Made by a program: the position numbers and the translations under genes
Notes under the pieces: model-generated
What the model saw: the letters and a program-made list of their open reading frames with translations, nothing else
What the model was told of the DNA's origin: nothing
Databases searched by the model: none
Part shown: positions 1-8,581 of the stretch, piece after piece
Layout of the letters: every line of letters begins with the position of its first letter
Position numbering within the stretch: the first letter of the stretch is position 1
Assembly (NCBI GenBank): GCA_964474355.1
Contig: CAYYSY010000312.1
Span: 1,517-65,516, forward strand
Length of the DNA stretch: 64,000 nucleotides
Direction: 5' to 3'
From: an uncultured Spirochaetaceae bacterium
GTDB lineage: Bacteria; Myxococcota_A; UBA9160; UBA4427

Positions 1-11
1 CTTTCGAGGGG

Positions 12-1643
12 TTGGGGATCCAGTTGCCGGTCCTCCCCGACCGATCGGGCTGTGGACGCAGCATTTCTGCCGTGCTGGGGGGCGCAGGCTTGAAGCGCGT
101 AATCCGGGGGCGACTCCGCGGCGAGTCCGTGTGCCGGCGCCAGGCCTTCAGCGGCTCGCTGGCAGGTTTGGTTGGCGCTCGCGCGGGCCGGGCCCTCGCA
201 CCCCTTCTTCTATTCCTGTCGGTCTTCGCGATCGTCGGCGCGAGCGTCGCGGCCGAGATCATCGACGTGCGTGTCGGACAGCATCCGACGTTCACGCGCG
301 TGGTCTTCGAGCTCGATTCGGCAGCCGGCTATCAGCTCTCGAAGAGCAGGCCCGCCGATGGCAACGAAGAGCTCGTGGTGATCCTGCAGGCCACGTCGAT
401 CCCGCGGCGCGTTCAGTCGCCGCGGCGATCGCTGCTCGGTCTGGTCCGTGTGGCGCCGGAGGGCCGGCAGGCCGTCGCGCGCATCGAGCTCAAGAAGAAG
501 GGGCTCATCGTCAAAGAGCGCATCATGTCGAGCCCGTATCGCGTGGTGCTCGACGTGCTGGACCCCAACGCCGCGGCCGCCGCAGCGAAGCCGAAGCCCG
601 CACCCAAGCCCGCACCCAAGCCCGAGCCGAAGCCCGAGCCGGTCGTGAAGGCCGAGCCGAAGCCGACGCCGAGGTCCGTCACCAAGCCCGAGCCGAAGCC
701 GGCACCGAAGCCCGCCCCCGCCGCCCCCGAGCCCGAGCCCGAGCCGGAAGAAGACGACCTGCTCGGCGCCGCAGACGACGACCTCGGCCCCGGGCCCGGT
801 GAAGCCACTCGCCGGCCTGCACCGCCCGGCACCACCGCCGAGCCGAGCGAGGGCGGCATCGCCACCATGGGTCAGACCGACCGGGTCGCTCCGCCGCCGA
901 AGCAGCCGGTCCGTCCGGCGCCGATCGCCGAAGAAGAAGGCGGCGGCATGGGCACGCTGCTCGGCTTCGTCGGCGTGATCGCGCTCGTCGGGCTTGGCGC
1001 CTTCGTCTTTCTCAGGCTCCGCGGACGTGGCGGGGACGACGAGGACGAAGAGGCCGCGGGGGACGACGACGAGGCGAACCCCTTCGCCCGCATGGAACGG
1101 CTCAGCGAGGACCAGAGTCAGGGCGCCTCCACCGCCGAGAAGCCCGCCGGCGAAGCGGGCGGCGGCGGCCCTCAGCTGACCCTCGACTCGCTCGTGGACG
1201 ACATGCCGGTGAAGGCCGGTGACGCCGGGGCGTCGGCAGAGCCCGACCTCGGCGAGACGATCATCACGGCAAAGGACTTGGAGGGCGGAGAAGAGCCCTT
1301 CTCGCTGGTCCAGGAGGAGGAGGGTCCCGCCGCCGGCGCACCGCCTCCGTCTCCGGCGGCCGAAGGCCCGACCTTCGCGCCGGAAGTAGACGAAGCAGAA
1401 CTCTCGGAGGAAGAGATGGCAAAGCTCATCCAGCAGTTTGAGGCACGGGTCGCCGCCCTCGAGAGCCGACTCGACGAGCAAGCCGAGGCCCGCGAGCGCC
1501 TCGAGCGCCAGGTCGCCGCGCAGACCGAAGAGCTGCGCGTCCAGCGCGCCGCCATCGCGCGCACCCAGCGCGCCGTGCGCAACCTGACTCGCGGCGAAGA
1601 GGACGGCCCGACCGAGCCGGCGCTGCGCGACCCGAACGGCTGA
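12..1643 (+). CDS. AMIN-domain envelope protein with KP/EP-rich spacer, second TM helix and C-terminal coiled coil
   Basis: Long ORF with high GC3. It starts at TTG 12, but the frame is open to the window edge and GTG 129 is an alternative start. A hydrophobic signal or anchor (LAPLLLFLSVFAIVGASVAA) is followed by an AMIN-like signature (IIDVRVGQHPTFTRVVFELD ... SSPYRVVLDV). Then come a PKPAPKPEP spacer, a TM helix (LLGFVGVIALVGLGAFVFL), an acidic tract, and heptad-like EEMAKLIQQFEARVAALESRLDEQAEARERLERQVAAQTEELR. Confidence 0.7.
   Translation: MGIQLPVLPDRSGCGRSISAVLGGAGLKRVIRGRLRGESVCRRQAFSGSLAGLVGARAGRALAPLLLFLSVFAIVGASVAAEIIDVRVGQHPTFTRVVFELDSAAGYQLSKSRPADGNEELVVILQATSIPRRVQSPRRSLLGLVRVAPEGRQAVARIELKKKGLIVKERIMSSPYRVVLDVLDPNAAAAAAKPKPAPKPAPKPEPKPEPVVKAEPKPTPRSVTKPEPKPAPKPAPAAPEPEPEPEEDDLLGAADDDLGPGPGEATRRPAPPGTTAEPSEGGIATMGQTDRVAPPPKQPVRPAPIAEEEGGGMGTLLGFVGVIALVGLGAFVFLRLRGRGGDDEDEEAAGDDDEANPFARMERLSEDQSQGASTAEKPAGEAGGGGPQLTLDSLVDDMPVKAGDAGASAEPDLGETIITAKDLEGGEEPFSLVQEEEGPAAGAPPPSPAAEGPTFAPEVDEAELSEEEMAKLIQQFEARVAALESRLDEQAEARERLERQVAAQTEELRVQRAAIARTQRAVRNLTRGEEDGPTEPALRDPNG
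588..749 (+). repeat. In-frame low-complexity (K/E)P(A/E)P repeat tract, TonB-spacer-like
   Basis: Translation reads KPKPAPKPAPKPEPKPEPVVKAEPKPTPRSVTKPEPKPAPKPAPAAPEPEPEPE. The DNA shows reiterated aagccc/gagccg units. Confidence 0.9.
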
Positions 1644-1776
1644 TCCGCCCCGCGCCCGTCACGCATCGGGGCCAAGTAGACAGTCGACGCTCGCCTGACC
1701 TCGGGGATCAGTGTGCGTGCGACCTTCGGCACATCCCGGGTCCGAACGTGCGCGCAACCCCCCTCAGACCTGCCCG

Positions 1777-2841
1777 ATGAACGTACGCGGCACCCTCGTC
1801 GCTCTCTTCGCGATCACGATTTCGTTGGCGGTGCTCGTCTTCTCGATCGGTGACGACGAATTCGAGCCGTCTGCGCCGTCACCGGCGGAGCTCGATCCGC
1901 TCGCGTTCGACGATGGCGAGCGCATCGAGCTCGAAGCCGGCTCGGCCTCGCTCACGTGCGGCTTCGACCACGACGCGCCGCGTCCGGCGGGTACACCGAT
2001 CGGCGGGGTCACGTACACGGAGCTGCGCGAGCGCGTACGCGGATGTGTCTCGACGCAGCTCGTCCACCTCTACTACACCGGCAGCATGAATGCCGGCGTG
2101 ACGAGGCTCGTCGCCGCAGTGACGAGCGCGGCGGTCGAGGTGGGCGTGCGCGGCCGGCTGCTCGACGCCGACTCGAAGGGGGGCGACATCGCGGCGGCCA
2201 TGCGGGCTGGCGAGCTGATGAGTGAGCACGGCTGGGCGATGTGGGTGGCGCGAGGCTCGTCGTGTTACAGCGCGTGCACGATGCTGCTCGCCGCAGCGCA
2301 CTACCGGGCGGTGCGAGGCGACGTCGGCATTCACCGCGTCTTCCCCGCGCACTCGACGGCGACGTCGCGCGAGGAGCTCGCGCACGATCTCGAGCGGATC
2401 CTCGGCCGGATCCGCGACTACCTGATGCGGCACGGCGTCAGCACACAGCTCGCCGACGCGATGATGACCGTGCCTGCCCGCGAGATCCGCGTGCTCACCG
2501 ACGCAGAGCTCGCGGGGTTTGGCCTCGTTGGCCAGAACGCCGCCCAGGCCGATCTCGAGCGCATTCAGCTCGTGCAGCGCTGCGGCATGGCGTTCGTGCG
2601 TCGCGCCGAGGCGTGGGAGCAGGCGCACGCCGAGGAGTGCGTCCGGCCCTACGTGCAGCGCGCGCGAGAGACGGACGTCTCACCGCGCCGCTTCGAGTGC
2701 GCCATCCTCGAGTGCGGCCGGAAGCTCGAGCCGCTCTTCGGCTTTCCCGATCCCGAGTGTCCGGCCGAGAGCCCGATCTTCCGGACGAGCAGCTGGCACT
2801 TCTGCGAAGACAACGAGCAGAGGCGCGCGCAGGCGCAGTAG
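1777..2841 (+). CDS. Membrane-anchored hypothetical protein, possibly the ClpP/crotonase-fold periplasmic family (COG3904-like)
   Basis: ATG at 1777 opens MNVRGTLVALFAITISLAVLVF (N-terminal TM). The segment GGDIAAAMRAGELM...GSSCYSACTMLLAAAHYRAVRGDVGIHRVF recalls COG3904-type proteins; this is from memory only. The Cys-rich C-terminus is of unknown function. Confidence 0.45.
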   Translation: MNVRGTLVALFAITISLAVLVFSIGDDEFEPSAPSPAELDPLAFDDGERIELEAGSASLTCGFDHDAPRPAGTPIGGVTYTELRERVRGCVSTQLVHLYYTGSMNAGVTRLVAAVTSAAVEVGVRGRLLDADSKGGDIAAAMRAGELMSEHGWAMWVARGSSCYSACTMLLAAAHYRAVRGDVGIHRVFPAHSTATSREELAHDLERILGRIRDYLMRHGVSTQLADAMMTVPAREIRVLTDAELAGFGLVGQNAAQADLERIQLVQRCGMAFVRRAEAWEQAHAEECVRPYVQRARETDVSPRRFECAILECGRKLEPLFGFPDPECPAESPIFRTSSWHFCEDNEQRRAQAQ

Positions 2842-2857
2842 TGCCGCCAGCCCGCGA

Positions 2858-4852
2858 TCAGAACACGCCGAACAGGCCGCCCCTCTCCTTCTTCGACTGT
2901 TCGAGCAGTGCGACGATCTCCGCATGACCGGCGGCGCCCGCGATCTGGGCGGGCGTGCGTCCACGGTCATCGCGTCGTGACGGATCCGCGCCGCGACGGA
3001 GCAGCACCTCCACCACGCCGAGATGGCCCGCCTCGGCAGCACGGATCAACGGAGTCGCTCGACCATCGCCGCGGGCCTCCACGTCGGCGCCGCGCGCGAG
3101 GAGCAGCTCGCAGACTTCGATGTGTCCCGCCGCGGCGGCGAGCAGGAGGGGCGTGTTGCCCGATGCCGATCGCAGCTCGACATCGGCGCCGCGCTCGATC
3201 AGCATGCGCGCCGTCTCGACGTCGCCCCGCCGCGCGGCGACGGCGAGCAGGCCGAGCCCGTCGCCGCAGCGCGTATCGGCGCCGGCGCCGCGGGCGAGCA
3301 GCAGCTCGACGATGTCGGTATGACCGTGCTGCAGCGCCTGGCAGACCGGCGCGCTTCGCCCCCGGCGCTTCGCCGCGCTCGCGCCGGCGTCGAGCAGAGC
3401 GCGGGTCGTTCGCACGTCGCCCGAGCGCACCGCGGCGTCCAGCGGCGTCGCGCCGCCGCCGTCCGCCCGCGCGAGATCCGCGCCCGCCTCGAGCAGCCGG
3501 CGTGCGGCGTCGACGTGTCCCTCCCGCGCGGCGTCGAAGAGCGGAGTTCGGCCGCGCGCGTCCCGCGCGTCGGCCGCCGCCCCCTTCTGCAGCAGGATCG
3601 CGGCGCAGTCGACGTGCCCGCCCCGGGCGGCCTCGTGGAGCGCGGTGCGGCGGCTGGCATCCCGCGCGTTCGGGTCGGCGCCGCGCTCGAGCAGGAGCGT
3701 CGCGATCTCGGCGTGTCCTCTCGCTGCCGCCAGCGCGAGCGCCGTCGCGCCATCTTCGTTCGTGCTCCGCACCGTGGCCGCGTTGCCGGCGAGCGCTCGA
3801 ACCTGCGCGGTGTTCCCACGCCAGGCGGCGATCTGGATGGGCGCCCAGCCCTCGAAGCCCGACCCCGACTCGGGCGTCGAGCTCGACGCGAGCCAGGCGG
3901 CGTCGTCGTCGCGCCTGGGCTTGCGCGTGTCCCGTGCGCCCGCGCGTCGAAGCAGCGAGACGACGTCGCGATGGCTCCCCGCCTTCGCCAGCTCGAGCGC
4001 CGAGCTCCCGGCGCGGTCCGTGCGTGCGACGTCGCTCTTCGCGCGGATCAGCAGTGCGACCACGTCGGCATGACCTCGCGAGGCCGCATTCATCAGCGGA
4101 GTGCGCCCGAAGGCATCGACCCGGTTCGGGTCGGCTCCGCCACGCAGCAGCGCCTGGGCGATGTCGACGTGGCCCGATCGGGCGGCGACGACCAGGGCCG
4201 GATCGCCGAACGCATCGGCCCTGTCGACCTTCGCGCCGCCCTCGAGGAGCGCCGTCACGACGTCCGGATGCTCCAGGCGCGTTGCCGTGTCGAGCGGCCG
4301 CCTGCCTCTTTGATCCTTCTGCTCGGCGTCGACGCCCGCTGCGAGCGCGACTCTCACGAGGCCCGGGTCGTTCGACACGACACCGCGCCAGAGATCGCTG
4401 CGGGCGAACTCCCGCGCCGCCTTGCGTTCGGTCGACAGGCGCTTCCGAGCAGGCTCGTAGCCCGCCCGAGCCGCCGATCGGATGAGCTTCATGCCTTCGT
4501 CGCGCTCTCCCGTCTGCCCCAGCAGCACGCCGAGGTTGTAGGCGGCGCGCGGGTCGCCCTTCTTCGCGGCGCCACGAAGCCAGCGCCGCGCACGGTCGAG
4601 GTCGCGCGGGACGACGACGCCGTTGCGATAGATGCTCGCGAGCCGGATCGCCGCATCGACGTCGCCCTTGCGCGCGAGCTTCTCGAGTCGCGAGATCGCG
4701 CCCCGCATGTCGCCCTCGCGGACGCGCTGGAGCGCCGGCTCGAGTGGCGGCGCAGCGGACACGTCGACGTCGGCATGGGCGAGCGTCCCGAGCAGCCAGC
4801 TGCCGACCAGAAGAGCGAGCGCCGCGCGACGCGCGAGATCAGGGCTCGCCAT
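2858..4852 (-). CDS. Secreted Sel1-repeat plus ankyrin-repeat protein (about 14 ANK repeats in two blocks)
   Basis: The ATG at 4852 was verified (cat at 4850-4852). Signal peptide: MASPDLARRAALALLVGSWLLGTLAHA. Sel1-like units include GDVDAAIRLASIYRNGVVVPRDLDRARRWL and GDPRAAYNLGVLL. There are many ANK units such as GRTPLMNAASRGHADVVALLI and GNTPLLLAAAAGHIEVCELLLARGADV. The start overlaps the upstream gene's stop by 14 nt. Confidence 0.85.
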   Translation of the reverse strand: MASPDLARRAALALLVGSWLLGTLAHADVDVSAAPPLEPALQRVREGDMRGAISRLEKLARKGDVDAAIRLASIYRNGVVVPRDLDRARRWLRGAAKKGDPRAAYNLGVLLGQTGERDEGMKLIRSAARAGYEPARKRLSTERKAAREFARSDLWRGVVSNDPGLVRVALAAGVDAEQKDQRGRRPLDTATRLEHPDVVTALLEGGAKVDRADAFGDPALVVAARSGHVDIAQALLRGGADPNRVDAFGRTPLMNAASRGHADVVALLIRAKSDVARTDRAGSSALELAKAGSHRDVVSLLRRAGARDTRKPRRDDDAAWLASSSTPESGSGFEGWAPIQIAAWRGNTAQVRALAGNAATVRSTNEDGATALALAAARGHAEIATLLLERGADPNARDASRRTALHEAARGGHVDCAAILLQKGAAADARDARGRTPLFDAAREGHVDAARRLLEAGADLARADGGGATPLDAAVRSGDVRTTRALLDAGASAAKRRGRSAPVCQALQHGHTDIVELLLARGAGADTRCGDGLGLLAVAARRGDVETARMLIERGADVELRSASGNTPLLLAAAAGHIEVCELLLARGADVEARGDGRATPLIRAAEAGHLGVVEVLLRRGADPSRRDDRGRTPAQIAGAAGHAEIVALLEQSKKERGGLFGVF

Positions 4853-6152
4853 GCAATGTCTCCATCTCGACGCCGACCTCGCGCAAGAACCCGAAAGGCA
4901 GCTCACCGCCAGCGCACACGATGATGGCGTCGTTCGGGATCGTCTCCTCGCCAGCCTCGACCTGCAAAGTGACGCTCGCGTCGTCGATGCGCGCGACGGT
5001 CGAAGTGCGCACCACGCGGATCCGCTCGGCGCGCTCACGCTCGTCGAGCTTGCTGCGGTTCGGCGGCTTGGCGCGCCCGAACGAATCGCCGCGGCACGAG
5101 AGCGTCACGACGGTCCCCGGCTCGTCGGCGAGCGAGATCGCGGCCTCGAGCGCGCTGTCGCCCGCACCCACGACCAGCACGTGGCGGCCCCGATGATCGG
5201 CCGGGTCTTCGAGCAGATAGGTGACCTTGGCGAGCTCTTCGCCCGCGGCGCCGAGACGGCGCGGCGAGCCTCGCCGGCCTATCGCGAGGACGACCGCGCG
5301 GCAGGTGAACTCACCGCTCGTCGTCGTCACGCGGAAGCCCGCGCCGTCGCTCTCGATCGCGCTCACCTTTTCTCCGTAGTCGATCTCGACTCTGGTCTCG
5401 CGCTCGGTGCGTTGCCACAGCTCGAGCAGCGCCTCCTTGGTCGTCTCGCGCAGCTTCACCTTGCCCACGAGCGGCAGCTCGACCGGCGCCGTGAGCACGA
5501 GCTTGCGGCGTGGATAGTGGGCGACCGCGCCGCCGAGCGTGTCCTGCTCGAGCGTGCGCGCGCGCAGGCCGTGCTGCTTCGCCGCGAGGGTGGCGGCGAA
5601 GCCCGCCGGGCCCGCGCCGACGATCACGACGTCGACCCGGTCGCCCTGGCCGATGCCGTCGAGGTCCCGCACCGAGTCGATCACCTGACGCCCCTGCTCG
5701 ATCGCGTTCCGGATGAGCCCCATGCCGCCGAGCTCGCCGACGATGAACAGGCCGGGCACGCTCGACTCGAAACGTGCATCGAGCACCGGGACCTCGACGC
5801 CGCGCTCCTTCGTGCCGATCACGAGCGTGATCGCGTCGAAGGGGCAGGCGTCGCGGCACGCGCCGTGCCCCACGCAGTTCGCCGCGTTCACGAGCACGGC
5901 CTTGCCTTCGAGCACCTGGAGCACGTCCGACTCGGGGCAGGCCGTGACGCACGCGCCGGAGCCCAGGCAGCGGATCGGGTCGATGAAGGGGTGGAGCGCC
6001 GCGGGCAGGTGGAGCCCTTCTTCGCGGGCGGACTCGATGGCCTCGCGAATGCGTGAGTCACGCCTGCGCCGACGCAGGACGAACCAGACGAACACGGCGA
6101 TCAGTGGGACGCCGTAGACGAGCCAGGCGATGAGTGAGGTCGAGTCCATCAT
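4839..6152 (-). CDS. Membrane-anchored ferredoxin-domain / FAD-NAD(P) pyridine-nucleotide-disulfide-type oxidoreductase
   Basis: ATG ATG at 6152/6149. An N-terminal TM (LIAWLVYGVPLIAVFVWFVL) is followed by RRRRRD, so the catalytic part should be cytoplasmic (positive-inside). Two ferredoxin-like motifs are CLGSGACVTACP and CVGHGACRDACP. Two Rossmann motifs are VVIVGAGPAGFAA and VLVVGAGDSALEAA. There are 4 nt between this start and the upstream outer-membrane-protein stop. Confidence 0.85.
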   Translation of the reverse strand: MMDSTSLIAWLVYGVPLIAVFVWFVLRRRRRDSRIREAIESAREEGLHLPAALHPFIDPIRCLGSGACVTACPESDVLQVLEGKAVLVNAANCVGHGACRDACPFDAITLVIGTKERGVEVPVLDARFESSVPGLFIVGELGGMGLIRNAIEQGRQVIDSVRDLDGIGQGDRVDVVIVGAGPAGFAATLAAKQHGLRARTLEQDTLGGAVAHYPRRKLVLTAPVELPLVGKVKLRETTKEALLELWQRTERETRVEIDYGEKVSAIESDGAGFRVTTTSGEFTCRAVVLAIGRRGSPRRLGAAGEELAKVTYLLEDPADHRGRHVLVVGAGDSALEAAISLADEPGTVVTLSCRGDSFGRAKPPNRSKLDERERAERIRVVRTSTVARIDDASVTLQVEAGEETIPNDAIIVCAGGELPFGFLREVGVEMETLHGEP

Positions 6153-6156
6153 CTGA

Positions 6157-8238
6157 TCAGAAGTCCCACCGGACGCCGAAGACGAGCGAGTAGGTGTTCT
6201 CGGTCGGCCGCGCGCTGTCGCCCACGCCTCCGCTCCACCCGTAGGCGAAGTCGAGGTCGAAGAAGAGGTCACGCCACCCGTAGTCGAGCCGCACGCGCGG
6301 GACGAAGTGGATCGAGTCGTCCTCCGTATTCTGGTACTCGAGCCGCAGGATCGGGTTCAGCCTGAGCCGGCGCCAGACCGGGAAGCGCCCCGTCGCCTCG
6401 AGTACGTAGCGGTCGGTGCGCCCGCCGTCGAAGATGCGGAGCCCGAAGCTCGTGACGTCGCCGTCCATCACGAGCGACCGCACACCGAGCTGGACGAAGT
6501 AGCCGAACTCGTAGCCGGTCCCGGGGAAGCCCTGGACGCCTCCGGATGTCTCCGTGCCGCCCAGGCTCATCGCGCTGAAGCTGCCGTTCACGTTCATGCG
6601 GTCGTGAAAGTCCCAGCGTGCGCCCGTCGAGAAGTTGGTCGCGGTCGCGCTGCGGTCCTTCGCGAGCTGCTTCAGCTGGTCCTCGCTGAACGTCGCCGCG
6701 AGCTCTTCGAGTGACGATGCGCCCTGGCCGATCAACGCGTTGCCCATCGTCACGATCGGGCTCTTGCGGTACTCCAGCAGGCCGTTGACGCTGACCGTCT
6801 CGGTGATCTGCTGGTTGCCGAGCAGGGTCGCGATGTTGACGACGTTGAAGTACGCGTCGTAGTCGAGGGTCCCCACGATCGTGCGCCCCGATCGGAGATG
6901 CCGGAGCTCAGCGCCGATCGCGCCACGGTACGTGAGGTTCGCCTCGTTCTGGTAGTTGCCGTAGAGCTCGACGTCGACGAGCGAGAAGACGTCGAGCACA
7001 CGAATGGCGCCGCCCACCTGATAGCGATCCGTGTTGATGTTGTCGGACGCGTAGCTCTCGAGCGGGAAGCCTCCGAGCACCTGCACATCGATGCGGTCGG
7101 TGGCGCGGTAGCCGAGTCGCGCGCCGTCGAAGCGGCCGATCACGCCCCCGTCTCCCCGTTGGCGTCCGACGTTGCCCCACCACCCACGCCCTCGCTCGGA
7201 GACCTCGACCAGGAGCAGGCTCAGCCGCGAGTCGCTGCCGATCGACTCCCTGCCGAAGTCGAGCCGCGTGCGGCCTGCCGCGCTCGTCTCGACCTCGAGC
7301 CGGTCGGTTCGCATGCGCGCCCGCACGAAGAGATCGGTGAACCACGACGAGTCGTAGAGCGTGTCGCCGAAGTCGTCGTCGAAGAAGCCCTGGGCGCGCG
7401 AGTAGTAGCTGAGGAGGCTTCCGTTCACGTCGAAGCGCGTGCCGCCCGAGCGCGCGCGGCCCGAAGTCCGCTCGGACGGGAGCGTGCTGGCGGTGGCCAG
7501 CGCCTGCAGCCGCTGGCGCACGCGCGGCGCGTGCTCGTGGTCGGGATAGCGCTCGAGGAAGCGTTCGTACTCCGCCTTGGCGTGAGCGCGCTGGCCGCTT
7601 CGCTCGCGCGCGAGTCCGAGGAGCTCGAGCGCTTCCGGGTGCGCCCCTGGCGCATTGAGGGACAGCACGCGGGTGCAGAGCTGAGCGGCGCGGGCCGGGT
7701 CTCCTTCTGCGAGCGCGCGGTTCGCGTCGGCGAGCAGGCCCGCGGCCGCCGCCTCGTAGCGGGGAGCGCCCGCCCCGCCCGCGTCGGGGATCCGGATCTC
7801 GAGCCGGTGCAGCTCCGAGCCCTGCACGATCTCGAAGGCCGTCTTGCGCGCGAACCGCACCTCGATGACCAGCCCGTGGTCGGCGGCCGAAGGCAACGTC
7901 TCGATCGATACGACGGGCGCCTTCGCGTCCGGAGCGAATGGTCGAAAGGTGTCGCCTGGGACGAGCCCGGCTTCGTCGGTGCGGCCGAGCCCGAGCGCGC
8001 GCAGCTCGATGCGCACGCTCTCGGCCGGCGCTCGCGGCGAGTGGCTCATGTAGCGGAGTGGCGCCGTGAAGCCGAGCTCGACGAGCCAGCCCGACTCGGT
8101 GCGCTTGCCGTCCACGGCGCGGACCGTCTTCGCGCCCTGCGCGTGCGCGAGGGTCGACCCTGTGACCAGCAGCAGGGTCACGATCGCACCCACGACGCGC
8201 CGCAGGTGCGCGGGATGGGCGCGCTTCGAAATGGACAT
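6157..8238 (-). CDS. Outer-membrane beta-barrel protein with an N-terminal AMIN-like domain and a TPR segment
   Basis: ATG at 8238 (cat 8236-8238). Signal peptide: VVGAIVTLLLVTGSTLAHAQG. AMIN-like segments: VRAVDGKRTESGWLVELGF...VRIELRALG and HGLVIEVRF...LHRLEIRIPD. TPR-like segment: ARAAQLCTRVLSLN...AKAEYERFLERYPDHEHAPRVRQRLQAL. About 420 aa of alternating-hydrophobic strands end in the outer-membrane-type terminus VFGVRWDF. Confidence 0.75.
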   Translation of the reverse strand: MSISKRAHPAHLRRVVGAIVTLLLVTGSTLAHAQGAKTVRAVDGKRTESGWLVELGFTAPLRYMSHSPRAPAESVRIELRALGLGRTDEAGLVPGDTFRPFAPDAKAPVVSIETLPSAADHGLVIEVRFARKTAFEIVQGSELHRLEIRIPDAGGAGAPRYEAAAAGLLADANRALAEGDPARAAQLCTRVLSLNAPGAHPEALELLGLARERSGQRAHAKAEYERFLERYPDHEHAPRVRQRLQALATASTLPSERTSGRARSGGTRFDVNGSLLSYYSRAQGFFDDDFGDTLYDSSWFTDLFVRARMRTDRLEVETSAAGRTRLDFGRESIGSDSRLSLLLVEVSERGRGWWGNVGRQRGDGGVIGRFDGARLGYRATDRIDVQVLGGFPLESYASDNINTDRYQVGGAIRVLDVFSLVDVELYGNYQNEANLTYRGAIGAELRHLRSGRTIVGTLDYDAYFNVVNIATLLGNQQITETVSVNGLLEYRKSPIVTMGNALIGQGASSLEELAATFSEDQLKQLAKDRSATATNFSTGARWDFHDRMNVNGSFSAMSLGGTETSGGVQGFPGTGYEFGYFVQLGVRSLVMDGDVTSFGLRIFDGGRTDRYVLEATGRFPVWRRLRLNPILRLEYQNTEDDSIHFVPRVRLDYGWRDLFFDLDFAYGWSGGVGDSARPTENTYSLVFGVRWDF

Positions 8239-8379
8239 CTCTTCTCGAACGATCAGCATCGGCCAGCCGCCAGTGGCGCGAAAGCCCGCCGCACACGTGG
8301 GCGACGACAAAAGGGGTTCACGAATATGCGTCGCCTCGCCGAAGTATGAGCGTGTCGAACGTCACCATCCGAGGCGCCC

Positions 8380-8405
8380 TTCCGAACGATGTAATTCCGA
8401 ACGAT
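8380..8405. promoter_or_regulatory. Direct repeat TTCCGAACGAT-GTAA-TTCCGAACGAT in the divergent intergenic region (candidate operator)
   Basis: Exact 11-mers lie at 8380-8390 and 8395-8405. A third core, CGAACGAT, lies at 8246-8253, and TCGAACGT lies near 8355. The region has locally lower GC. It sits between the outer-membrane-protein operon (minus) and the cytochrome operon (plus). Confidence 0.3.
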
Positions 8406-8581
8406 CTGCTGCGGATGAGCCCGGATCCTCGAGTGGGGAATTCTGCCCCGCCTCCGCCCCGATCCGCGTCGTATGCAGAAGGCCGCATGCATTGACTCTC
8501 GATCTCGACACCGATGAGCGAGCCACCGATGCAGCGGCGTCGAAAGGGCGCTGTACTCCCACCGGCAGCTCACACGCGCCG

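Noticed and set aside
3023-4924. A 633-aa ORF (and the 525-aa ORF at 2908-4485) on the plus strand opposite the Sel1/ankyrin gene
   Set aside because: The translation is Arg/Ala/Gly/Pro-rich, with no motifs, TM helices or start context. These are typical shadow frames of a 70%-GC gene. The minus-strand frame has clear Sel1 and ANK repeats and a signal peptide.
8066-8581. The N-terminal 172-aa extension of the His-rich membrane protein ORF, and similarly the extension at 47030-47722 upstream of gpsA
   Set aside because: The extensions are Ser/Arg/Pro-rich, cross obvious intergenic and repeat sequence, and (for gpsA) overlap the nuoA-like gene. Internal ATGs give canonical N-termini.
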